Part shown: piece by piece, positions 11,027 to 21,865 of the stretch
Position numbering within the stretch: position 1 is the first letter of the stretch
Layout: the number at the start of each line of letters is the position of its first letter
Assembly: GCF_009834535.1 (NCBI RefSeq)
Contig: NC_045697.1
Span: forward strand, 12,648,001 to 12,712,000
DNA length: 64,000 nucleotides
Source: Camelus ferus
Taxonomy: Eukaryota
Direction of reading: 5' to 3'
The notes under the pieces: generated by a model
The model's database searches: none
What the model was told of the DNA's origin: nothing
The model's input: the letters and a program-made list of their open reading frames with translations, nothing else
Program-made: the position numbers and the translations under genes

Positions 11027-11440
11027 GTATTGGTCAGGGGAGACTAGCTGCTGTAATAAATAATCCCTGAGTCTCTGAGCTTAATTAGTGAAGGTTTCTC
11101 CTGCATGTTACAATCCAATGTGATTTAGCATCATAGCTCAGCTCCATGGAGTCAGGGAAGCCCCAGGCTCTTTCCAACTAGTTGCTCCAATATCCACTGA
11201 GCCTTGGGCCCTCCATTAAATGATCTGAATATAGTTAGCAGAGGTGGTCATAGGGAGAGCTTGGTGCTCTGCACAGGAAGGTCTAACCGGCCAGCTCTGG
11301 GGATGACGGTCGTCACACCCACCGCATTCCTTTGGCCACATTTCAGTCACGTGGCCACACAACTTCACCGGAGGGAGGCTGGAAGCCATGGTCTAGTTAC
11401 GTACCCAGGTGGGAGAGAAAAATAGTTTAATAAACAACTA
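11027..11440 (-). mobile_element. Old MaLR LTR (MLT1J/K/L-type)
   Basis: Begins tgtattggtcaggggagactagctgctgtaataaa; cattcctttggccacatttcagtcacgtggccacac...gggaggctggaa typical of antisense MLT1. Confidence 0.7.
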
Positions 11441-12864
11441 ATCTCCGGCGCGCAGCAACATAATGAAGTTAAGGTTAAACACGAGCGATAGACTCACGAG
11501 AACACTGATGGAACAGGGGAAGACTGAGCTTTGGAGGTTTTTTGCTTTTGTTTCTTAATCACAACACTGATCTTTTGTGTGTGTGTTTAAGTCTCAACAC
11601 TGCTCTTTATTAGCGGGGAGACTGGGGGCATTTTACTCAGTAATTCCGGGGCCCTTTATACAGATCAAGGAAATCCATCTCAAGGGCTTTGGGGAGAGTG
11701 ACAGGAGCTCACACGTGCTTAGCATCATGGACAATACTTGGCATAATGTAGATGTTCACCATCTACATGTTAAATCCCTTCCCCTAACATCTCTTTCTTC
11801 AGCTTTCTCTGTAAAAACTTTGGGAGAGATTTTGTCATCGAAGAAACTTGTTAGCAATTAAAGTGCTAAAATGCTTCTACCGCGGGAAGAAGGGTGTCTT
11901 CCCTCTTCCTGTGCTGGCGTGCTTTCAGTTTCAATATTCCAATTTAAATTGTGCACACATTCTAAGAATTGGTTAAGTCACCAGGTGGTTTCACTTTTTA
12001 AAACATTTACAAGGCAATCATGTGAGGCCTTGCTAGATTAAACTAAAAAATAATTAAATTAAGTTTTTGTAATAAAAGCTTGTTTACAGTAGCCCCAAAT
12101 AGCCGTCTTGGTGGGTCAGAGAACCTTGTTTTAGCTCTGTCTTTCAGTTGGCGCCTGCTGTGCTGGTCTGTCCTTTGACATTTAGATAGGACAATAATGA
12201 GACTGAAAGTCAAATAAAGGAGGCCATTGTCCTTTAATTTCCCCTTCAACCTGAGGCAGGAATTTCGAAAGCTTTTTTCAGGTTTACAAGGTTAAGTTTT
12301 ATATTCATTTGCACATTGTCTTGTTTATTCATAGTCATCAAATTCCCATAATCGATTGAGAAGTTCCTATTGTAACTTATAGCTCATCTAAATTAGATTC
12401 TAAAGCTAATTAAACTTAGCAAATCTGTAACAGTAGCCAAATAATATTCTCCCCTCAGTGAGCACAGGGAAGTTCCATTTGATTATGAGTAAAGAAAGTC
12501 TGTGGGTAATGGGTGGGAAATTAATCATAACGCCAACATCAGTAACTTATGTCTTACGTTTTCCCCACCAGATGTCTGTGACGAATCTGTTTTTCCCTAA
12601 GGCAGAGAAATCTCGTAGGTAACAGTGGGGAATAGTCAGATGAAGCTGCCCCAAGATTCTGAGTCAGAAATTTCTGGTGGACTGAGAAACATACCAATGT
12701 GTGTTTGTGGTAAAACATAAAAGCTCTTATTTATTTGGCACTTACTGCATACGAGAACCTGAGGTAGTGCTTCACAGCTGGTGGAGGTGTTGCTTCAACT
12801 CCAGCTTGGGCGACCTCAACAGTTCTTACCCTCGTGCTGCCCCGCCCGACTCTGCAGACAGAGC

Positions 12865-13030
12865 AAGACAAAGGAGCACTAACTAGTCCTTTGGAATCAG
12901 AGCACAGCAGTGTGCTGCCTACTTCCTGTGAGATTGTAGGAAATCAGCTAATCTCTCCAGGCCTTCTCCTTCTCATTTCTAAAGGGAGGATTAAAATTAT
13001 AATTCTCCCGTCTATGTAGGTTATTATGCA
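12865..13030 (+). mobile_element. MIR SINE
   Basis: ctgcctacttcctgtgagattgtagg...ctccttctcatttctaaagggaggattaaaattataat. Confidence 0.55.
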
Positions 13031-13292
13031 AAGTACAGGTTCCTCTGGGGCTCTAGAGAAACTGCATGGCTGAATAGTCTTTACAAATAAATCATTTGAC
13101 TCGGATAAATTTCCTCTGCTTTAATGAACCAGGTTACATGTTAGGGAGGTTGAATGCCATTTGGAATCAATCACATTTCTTTCCATGAGCTATAGATTAA
13201 TTAATCTAACCTAACATTTACTGAGCACCTACAGTGGGCAAAAAACTCATTCCAATGTTTCACTGGAGCCACAGATATAAATATGCTGTGGT

Positions 13293-13720
13293 CTTAGTCA
13301 GCAGGAGATTCTTGATTGCAGGTAATAGAAACTAAATAATAAATATAATAACAACAATAATAACAATAAGAATAATAATAAGAAGAAGATGACAACAACG
13401 ACGAAGAAGAGAGAGGAGGAGGAGGAGAAGAGATGGACTGTCTTCCCTAACTGGAAGTCAAGGAGTGTCCATACAAGTGGTCAGTGATGCCATTAGGAGT
13501 TTGTTTTCCTTCCATCTCTCAGCTCTACTTTCCTCTAAGTTGGATGTTCTTCTGGGTAAGATGGTATCTTGAGCTCTTGACTCGCAGCCTTCTCGTTTAA
13601 CGGCTACCTTAGCAACTCCAGCGTAAAAGGAAATTCTTGAACATACCTACACTAACCCCACGTGTCGTTCTCAGCAGCCTGTATTGGGTCACACGCCTAC
13701 CCCCGAACTAGTCCCTAAAG
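13293..13720 (-). mobile_element. Old MaLR LTR (MLT1K/L-type) interrupted by a simple repeat
   Basis: ttagtcagcaggagattcttgattgcaggtaatagaaac; ctaactggaagtc; ttccatctctcagctctactttcctc; ttgggtcacacgcctacccccgaac. Confidence 0.55.
13332..13431 (+). repeat. Compound degenerate trinucleotide repeat (AAT/AAC/AAG/GAC/GAG)
   Basis: Direct read. Confidence 0.9.
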
Positions 13721-13979
13721 TGAGGGGAATGCCATATTCTCTTAGACCTGAACTGGGTGCTCTTGTTTGCATTATTCTTTGGCCAAGGAACAGCATCTGC
13801 AGCTATATCAGAAGTGGTGTAGAGAAGAAATGGTTCCTTAATGGAGCATGAACTGAAAAGGAAAACCGGATGTTCATTCACAATGGAGAGCACTTTGTCT
13901 TGACCATGAAGGCTGTGTAGGGTTTTGACAGAGAGGGAGGGGGTGGGGTGTATTCCAGGCGGAGAATCCAGCATGAGCG

Positions 13980-14388
13980 TGATGCCTAGATCCTACATAA
14001 AACACCATTTCTGGGTGTGTCTGTGAGGGTGTTTCTCAAAGAGGTCAGCATTTTAATCAGTGGACTGAGTGGAGACAATCACCCTCATCAGTGCGGGTGG
14101 GCACCGCCCAGCCTGCTGAGAGCCCAGATAGGACAAAAGGTGAAGGGAGGGAGACTCTGCTCTCTGCCTGAGCTGCACATTCATGTTCATCCTCTTCTGC
14201 CCCCAAACAGTCCTGCTCCTGGTTCTTGGGCTTCAGACTCAGACTGAACTAACCACCGGCTTTGCTGGTTGTCTGTCTTGAAGATGGCAGATTGTGGGAC
14301 TTTTCAGCCTCTAGAACTGCATGAGCCAATTTTTATAACAAATCTCTTCTCATTGGTTCTGTTTCTTTGGAGAATCATGACTAGTTCA
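13980..14388 (+). mobile_element. MLT2 (ERVL) LTR, 5'-trimmed
   Basis: tttctgggtgtgtctgtgagggtgtttc; tcagtggactgagt; gatggcagattgtgggacttttcagcctc; cattggttctgtttctttggagaatcatgactagttca. Confidence 0.88.
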
Positions 14389-14729
14389 ATGAAATGAAAA
14401 CGACATGGGAAATTTAGTTTGATTGGAAACAAACATTGTGTAAGGGGGTTCAGTGGGGGACAGACTGGGGTCATACACTGGACTGTTTTAAATGCCAAAG
14501 ACCTTGAATTTTATGTTCTGGGCAATAAGGAGTCTCTGACCACTTTGTTGATGGACATGTGAAGTAAGATATTTCCAAATACGCGGTGAGTCCCTTCAGA
14601 ACCAGAAGTTATCTTTTTTCCCACCTTCACTCCCAGCACAAGACAGAGTGTCTAGCACATGGCCAGGCCTCTTTAAATACTTGTTGAAGAAATTTCAATT
14701 TCATTGTCAGGTATCTAATGATAGTTGCT

Positions 14730-14910
14730 GCTTGTTGGAGGTGTCTATGTATTGGACACTGTAAGTGCTTTGCAGACATGTTACAGGTCATCACAGAAGC
14801 CATAAGAGGGGAGTGCTGTATGTGTCCCATTCTATAGAGAAGGACTCTGACACTTACAAACGTCAGGTGGTGGAACGAGGACTTAAACTAAGGTCCTGTG
14901 CATTCAAATC
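14730..14910 (-). mobile_element. MIR SINE
   Basis: cactgtaagtgctttgcagacatg...gtcccattctatagagaagga. Confidence 0.55.
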
Positions 14911-17169
14911 ATACACATCACATCAGTGTGATTCCGCGTAATACTTGTGCAACACCTTAAAGGATATAAAGAGCTTTCCACGTATACACTGTTTTACTCG
15001 GACTCAGTAAAGTGAAGCCCAGAGAGAAGTAGCCCAACCAGAATCACAGGGCCAGTGAGTTGTGGTGCTTGACTGGTATTTGGCAATCCTGTGTTCAAAA
15101 TTCATTCATCTCCCCTACTCCAACTAGTTTCCCCAGCAGCTGCCAGACCATATAGTGGGCGTGGTGGGGAAGATGATCTGTCAGTTTGTGTATGTGAACG
15201 TCAACTCGAATAGTCAGATTCTAGTCTTCCAATAGAAAACTAAATGCGCATAGCTCTTGTCTCAACTCTTTCAAATATTAGAAAATGTGAGCCATGCAGA
15301 CTGAAATAAAAAGGTCACTGGAATAAGATCATGATTTTAGTTGAAATGTTGCTGTTTCAATCTCATGAAAAGGGGCTCAGTTAGCTTTCTTTAATTGTTT
15401 TTCTCTGTCTTGCAAATATCCACAAATTATCTGCCCTAGACATGTTTGTACATTACACTGGGCACTGAGGGTGGACCGACTCATTTCATGAAAGGGCTAA
15501 CTTTTCCACTATGGACACTTGGCAAAGTGAACTGGCTTGTAAACCATTTTTTGAGCTTGTAACCTGAAGTTTAATGCAACGTATGACATAATCAAAGCAT
15601 CTCACAGAATCAAACTCTTGCACGAATTCAGGATGGAGATGACTTTTTTTTTTTTTTTTTTTGACTCTGAAAAATCAAAAGAGAACAAGCCGATTTTGTA
15701 CTTGGTGTATATGCTGGAAGGATGGCATACTGCGAGTTGATAACAGATGACGATCACAATGTTAAAATGACTAATGTCAATCAAAGGCTTATTGTGTTCC
15801 AGGTACTGTACCAAGCAGTGTAAATGGAAATCTGACCTAACTGGAGACTTAACTTCCTTTTGTCTTTAGGTCATAGGTCTCTTTTTTCTGGGAGAAAGGA
15901 CATTGGTGGGTCTTAAATTTTATTGATATTAGACAAACCTACATCCATCATTCTTGGCAAAGACCCAATTGACAGTGGAATTATCCAAATGCAGAAGCTT
16001 CTGATGGCAGTATTAAGTTATTTGTTTAGTAATTTACCTTGGACATATGTTTCATGTACTTGAAAATTGAGCAGGATATTTTTTTCCCTAAATTTTTCTT
16101 TAAATTTCTCTATGTCTAAACATTATTTTTTGTTTTAGAAAGATGTTAGCATGTATTTTTGCCTAAGCATTTGCTCCCAGGAGATGGAGAGTGGAGGGCG
16201 ACCACACATGAGTGTTGTGTTGACTTGATATTATCCTCACCCAGCATTGGAGGAAAGGCTGGGAGAGAGTTGAGATCAGCTTGGACTAGCACAACACAAC
16301 CCTGGCAGGACCACTGATGTCCCATATACAGAGCTGACTTGCCCTAAGTACACAAGCATTTTAGGAATGGACCTTCAGATCATGGTGATTTCCAGGACCC
16401 TGGGACCAGATCACACCTTGTGGGTGGGGATGGATTTTCCAGGGATAGAAAAAGATATTGTCCCTGGAAATAGTTGTGGGAAGAGATTATTTCCAGGCCA
16501 GGATATGAGTGGGGCTTAAAGAAAGGGTTTGAGGTTTGGAGATTAATATGCTCTTCTTTATCCTCTCTCCCTCCGGGGTTAGAGGACAAGAGATGGGCAT
16601 TGATTCCAGGTCAGGTATCTGTGGGGAATTAGGAAAGAACTCAGGGACGGATTTTGGTTTGGGTAGCCACTTCTGAAAGAGTAGCTGCTTCTAGGTGGAC
16701 GTGAAGGAAATCACTTAGGACAGATCTGTGACTTCTCTGCAGGTCAAGGTGTACTAAGTCCCCAGCATAGGCCAGTTATCCCTGCAAGAGAGATAATTTG
16801 ACAAATCAACTGGTGACAGAGGGCGTGGGCTGCCAGGAAGATGGTGAGAGTAGAGGAGATTAATAATAACAAGGATATGAAGGAACATTTGGTGAACATT
16901 CATTGAATACATATTGTTTCACTCCCAGTGCTAAGACATAGCTTTAAGTACAAATGACTTCTCGTCTGTGAGATGCTCACACTCTGAGAGGCAGAGGGGA
17001 ACTGGGACTAAATATGGGAACAGCAGATTCACACCTCCCTTCTCACCAAGGAAGAGCTACCAATTATTGAAAGTGAAATTTCACATAATGTTGAACTGTT
17101 ATTTTTTCTCTCGCTTTCTTTATATTTCTGTCTCTGGATAAGAGCTTACGGATGAATTCTTATAAGTTA

Positions 17170-17335
17170 AATGTGGCTGATGAGTACTTGCATCATTTCA
17201 TTTAATCTCTAAAACAATCTTACAAGGTAGGTGGGTAGCAGCTATTATCTTCCTCATGTTATACCTAGAGAAGCAGGACAGTGAGGCTGAAAGACTTGCC
17301 CAAAGTCATACGGATACAAATAGTGTGTTTGGTAC
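17170..17335 (-). mobile_element. MIR SINE
   Basis: catttcatttaatctctaaaacaatcttacaaggtagg...gaggctgaaagacttgcccaaagtcatac. Confidence 0.65.
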
Positions 17336-17511
17336 TTAGGCCCAGGGAGAAGAGAGGTAAAGATGGGGTCCAAGTTCTATGCCCCTTTGCTGGTATCCAG
17401 GGCCATAACTCATTTTCAGTTTCCTGACTTCCTAGTGAGACTATTATAAAACCCACCAATCTGTTGTATAGTCTAAATTCTCTCTCCTCTTCTCCACTCT
17501 TGTTCATCCTC

Positions 17512-17837
17512 TGCTGTAGACTGAATTTTGGTGCTACTCCCTAACTCATATGTTTAAACTTCTTCTCCAGGGTGATGGTATGAAGAGGTAAGTTCTCTGA
17601 GATAAATTAAGTCATCAGAGCAGAGCCCTCATGAATGGGATTAGTGCCCGTATGAAAGAGACCCCAGAGGGCTCCCTTGCCTCTTCCACCACGTGAAGAC
17701 ATAGCCAGGAGATGGCCGTCCCTGAACCAGGAAGAGGGCCTTCACCAGACAAGGGATCTGCTGGTGCCTTGATCTGGACTTTCCAGTCTCCAGAACTGTG
17801 AGAAATAAACTGATGTTCTTTATAAGCCACCCAAACA
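17512..17837 (+). mobile_element. MaLR LTR (MLT1A-type)
   Basis: tgctgtagactgaatt; gagccctcatgaatgggattagtgccc; tgctggtgccttgatctggactttccagtctccagaactgtgagaaataaa. Confidence 0.88.
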
Positions 17838-18066
17838 AGTGAAGGCATCCTCTACATGGCTCCCCAGTTCAGACTGAATTTCTTATTATCCTGAAGCGTT
17901 TTAGTCCCTTTCATCTCTCTTTAACTTTTCATCTCCTCTCCTTTTTGTCTAGGGTACTCTTTCCCTTTCTGTAGTTCATAAAAAAGCACCTTATCAAAAA
18001 TCAGGCCAGCATCGGTTCTTCCAGAAAAATAAGTTTAGCATAGTGTTCAAAAGCATGACCTCTGCT

Positions 18067-18141
18067 GGGAGGGTACAGCTCAGTGGTAGAGCGTGTGCTT
18101 AGCACGCACAAGGTCCTGGGTTCAATCCCCAGTACCTCATA

Positions 18142-18184
<43 letters not shown>

Positions 18185-18270
18185 ATACATACATACATAC
18201 ATACATACATACATACATACATACATACATACTAGTTGTCCCCTCCCCTCCAAAAAATGTTTTTTTAAAA
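18067..18270 (+). mobile_element. tRNA-Ala(AGC)-derived camelid SINE (vic-1 type) with (TAAA)11(TACA)11 tail, inserted in a MIR
   Basis: GGGAGGGTACAGCTCAGTGGTAGAGCGTGTGCTTAGCACGCACAAGGTCCTGGGTTCAATCCCCAGTACCTC; B-box GGTTCAATCC 18119-18128; degenerate flanking duplication aaaagcatgacctctg / aaaagcataacccctg. Confidence 0.9.
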
Positions 18271-18279
18271 AAAGCATAA

Positions 18280-18440
18280 CCCCTGATTCTGCCACTTGGC
18301 ATCTGTGGGAATTCACTTTAGTTAGTATTCACATTTCTGAAATGGAGCCACCAGTACTACCTACAACATGGGATCATTAAAAGCATTAAATACGAAGGGC
18401 TTTGCATAGATCTGACACAAGGCGAGTGCTGAATAGATGC
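18280..18440 (+). mobile_element. MIR SINE (3' part; 5' start lies left of the vic-1 insertion near 18035)
   Basis: cctgattctgccacttggcatctgtgg...catttctgaaatggag...tgacacaaggcgagtgctgaatagatg. Confidence 0.55.
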
Positions 18441-19102
18441 TGTTACCTTGGTTCTCCAGGAAGACACCCCTGATTCTTCAAGCACAATTAACTACCTTCT
18501 CAGTGGGTTGTAGAGTAGATATTGTTCATATCTCCACTTTACAATGTATTCTGTTACCTTGTAATTGTCTGCTTAAATATCTCTTCTTGTACCATCCTAT
18601 TTCCTGCTCCATATATATATAAATATATATATATATATTTACTGTCAATAATACCGCAGATTCTGCCTCGTGGGAACTCTCGCTGTGCCATTTGGGATCA
18701 GGATAAGCCCTAGAAAGCAGACCCCAAGAATCTGTTTTGAAGCTGGGCTACTTATGATCTGATGGCAATAGGAGACCCATACTTTTGGCAAATCTGGTAA
18801 TAACCCTTGTATGCAATGGCATTACAATTAATTAATGTTTTCACCTACAATTAATTGGGATGAGGAGAAAGGAGAGGGTGAAACATTTTATGGAAAGTCT
18901 CAGCTGAATAAACAGTTTGGAGAAAATAATAATTATGAAGATATTGGAGTGGATTAACTGCTTTGAAATCCTTGGCAAAAGAAGATGATAGAGAAGTAAA
19001 CTGCTAACTTGAAGCAGGCTGTGAGAATCAGGTGGGCTCGGTGGTTGCTCTGAACAGCACTGAGGTCTGTTACAGCTCTGAGGCTGACTTGTAGAAAGTC
19101 AG

Positions 19103-19263
19103 GGGGCGGAGCTTCAGGGTAGACCAAATGCACAGCCATGGCCTGTTTCCTTTGTTAGGACCTTGGCAGAGAAAAAGGAAGAGCCTGAGACCCGGCTTTT
19201 TGGCCAATGAGCCTGAGAATCTTGACCCTCATATTCCTTGGAACGTCCCACGTCACGTGGGAC
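19103..19263. promoter_or_regulatory. Candidate proximal-promoter/enhancer motif cluster
   Basis: GC box GGGGCGGAGC 19103-19112, CCAAT 19204-19208, palindrome GTCCCACGT-C-ACGTGGGAC 19245-19263 containing CACGTG and (minus strand) TGACGTGG; motif evidence only. Confidence 0.3.
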
Positions 19264-19439
19264 ACCTTCCTCTCGCGCGGGGAAAGCTGCCTCTCTTTAC
19301 CTGGAGACCATGTGAAGCTCTACCATGAAACAGGGCCTTACGATGCCGTCCTGTTCTGCTCGAGATCTGCCTCCACCAACTCTCAGTTCCCCTAGACCAA
19401 TATCCAGGACCACATCTTAGCACTCACTGTCTGAATGGG

Positions 19440-19860
19440 AAAGTGCTATCTGGTCCCCAGGAACAGGTAGTTTACACGGCAAAGGAATTTCAGAAGTTGA
19501 CTAGTATGTACTGTTACTAACTAGGGAAACATTTGTGAGAATGGAATTAGAGGGTACTGGAGCAGACAGAGTAGATTATAAGGCCGGATAGGGAGAATTT
19601 TTTTTATGTCAGGGCACTTATGACTCTGGATTCATGTTCTGGAAAAGATAGACCTGAGTTTTCAGGACAGATACCTTGAAGCTTGAGTATCAAGGTGAAC
19701 TACAGTCAGTGGGGTGGAGATGCCAGAACATCCTGGGAAATATCTTGAGGAATGGATCTGAAGGTGTGAATAGCTGGGAATGTTTGAGTGGCTTTGCTAT
19801 GTAAGACTTGAGGGTATAGCAGCTCACTGTCTCCCAGGAGGGCCCAGGGAGCACACCTCC
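19440..19860 (-). mobile_element. L2 fragment
   Basis: ggaaagtgctatctggtcccc...agagggtactggagcagacagagtagatt...tgaaggtgtgaatagctggg. Confidence 0.4.
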
Positions 19861-20439
19861 CGCTAAGCGAGTGAAGGGTTGCTCCGGTGAGGAGGACCCT
19901 GGCTTTGCTAGCTCAGTGGTGGCTGTTTTCTGTAGGCTTGGTGGGAGGCTTGCTTTAAGTATATTTAATAGTAGGAGATGCTGCCAAGAAACTGAGTGCT
20001 CTCAGCTATGGGTGGTGGATTTGGGGAATGGCAGAAGCCACATGGCAGCATCTACATGCCAGTTGCAAGACAGAATTAATGATCATAATGGGTACCAAAG
20101 CCAGAGTGGCAACTGGGGCATCTTGTCCAACAAGAATAGGGCAATAATTATTAAATTATGACATTACTTGGGGGAGAGGAGAGAGAGGCACAGAGAGAGA
20201 GAGGGAGAAAGAGAAAGGAAGAAGATGGAGAGCTGGTGGAAAGAAGCCCGATCTCTACCGTCACAATGAAATCACGGCCCCTCATCCAGTTTCAGATCTG
20301 TATCAGTTTAGAAAACTATCATGTACCATAAATATCATATTTCTCTTCATTTTATCTGTTTCTTTCTAACCTAACTGCCCTTTAACCATATTCAGTCTTT
20401 TATGATGGTGGTGGCTATGATGTGACTTTTAAATGAAAA

Positions 20440-20950
20440 GAACTCTAACCATACATGTTTCTTAGTTAAGGTCACAGGGAGAGGAAATAAACCGTGGGTA
20501 TCTTAAGTTAATTACAGTTCATCCTTGCTATGGAATATTCTATGTGAAACAAAAATGATAAGCCTGTGTAGATATAGAAGGATTTCCAAAATACATGTTT
20601 AAAGGGAAAAAAAAAGACAAAAAAGGAAAAGTTGAAAATACTGTGAAGCGTAAGATCCCTTTAGTATAAATTTAAAAAAAAAGAATACATGGATATTCAT
20701 TCACAAGAAATAATTTAATTGATTAATTGATCTAATACTTTCAAAGTCCTGTAAACTGTGCCTGGCTAATAGTTGATGCTTTGTAAGTGCAGCTTGTGTT
20801 ATTACATATACCATTATGTAGTATACTTGTACTTTAAATTACTTATTGCTTATTATTATTTATTAAACATTATTAGCCATGATGTCTGTAGATGGGCGTA
20901 TGGGTGTGGGTCATAGAGAAGTTTTTTACTTTCCATTTCGTACCTTTGTG
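20440..20950 (+). mobile_element. Old L1 (L1ME-type) 3' end
   Basis: gctatggaatattctatgtgaaac...; ends ttttactttccatttcgtacctttgtgtttggctgtttttt. Confidence 0.5.
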
Positions 20951-21834
20951 TTTGGCTGTTTTTTCTCATTAGCCCCACATGTTATGCTTTTCCTCCTTTT
21001 TATTTTCAAGACATCAGGGCTCCCTTGGGCAATGAGTTTACCAGCTATTTCTTATTTCCTTCATGAGATTTCTCTATTTAAACATCTAAAAATAAATTTG
21101 AACAATACCAACATGAAAAACAACAAAGAATCATGAAAAAAGAGGGAGAGATGATTATGTGTGACATGAGTATGCTGAGAAGAGAACGTGTGGCCCAGGT
21201 GCCATCTGGGTCAGGCTCTGCCCATGTACTCTCGGTGGGAACGCGAGTCAGTGCAGTTCACTTTTCTTGACTTTGCTTTCCCTATTTGTAAAATGGAAAT
21301 AATGTCAGAATTACTGTGGGGATCAAGTGTGACAGTCTTTTCAGTATACCAGGAAAAACATACAAAACAACAACAAAAAAAACAAAAACAAAAAACCCCA
21401 CAAGCTTATATATATATATAGTTTTCTCCATAATGAAATTGTATGTGAGGGGAACAGGATGAAATATTTTGAATGCATGGATTTGCAAACTGGCTGCACT
21501 GTAGATTTATTGCTATGAAAAATGTGACTGGTACAAATTAGAAGTCACTAACAAAAAGGGAAAATGCCAATAGAAACATCTCCTTCCTGTGTCTTTGTTG
21601 GAAAGTCCAATAAAGAGAAACGAGAAGAAGACATTTTAAGCCCAGTGATTTGCCTAAAATGATAGTCCTGTTCTTTTTGCCCTTTTTGCGGAAGCGCTTT
21701 TCTCCAAGTCCCTAGGTATACTGGTGCCGCTCAGAGCTCAGAGTAATTGGCTCATTAGGCTGCAGTGTTACACCCGCATCCCTCCAGTTAAGCTGGACAG
21801 AAGAAACAGAGCTCTTCTTTCAGGGACAGCACAG

Positions 21835-21865
<31 letters not shown>

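Noticed and set aside
18067-18139. Functional tRNA-Ala(AGC) gene
   Set aside because: The acceptor stem is imperfect, there is an extra 5' GGGA, a (TAAA)n/(TACA)n tail and a flanking duplication, and a second diverged copy lies at 29920-30034. These are properties of a tRNA-derived SINE.
18001-18302. ORFs 18001-18222 and 18099-18302 (MYVC/IYLF repeats)
   Set aside because: They are translations of the SINE tetranucleotide tail.
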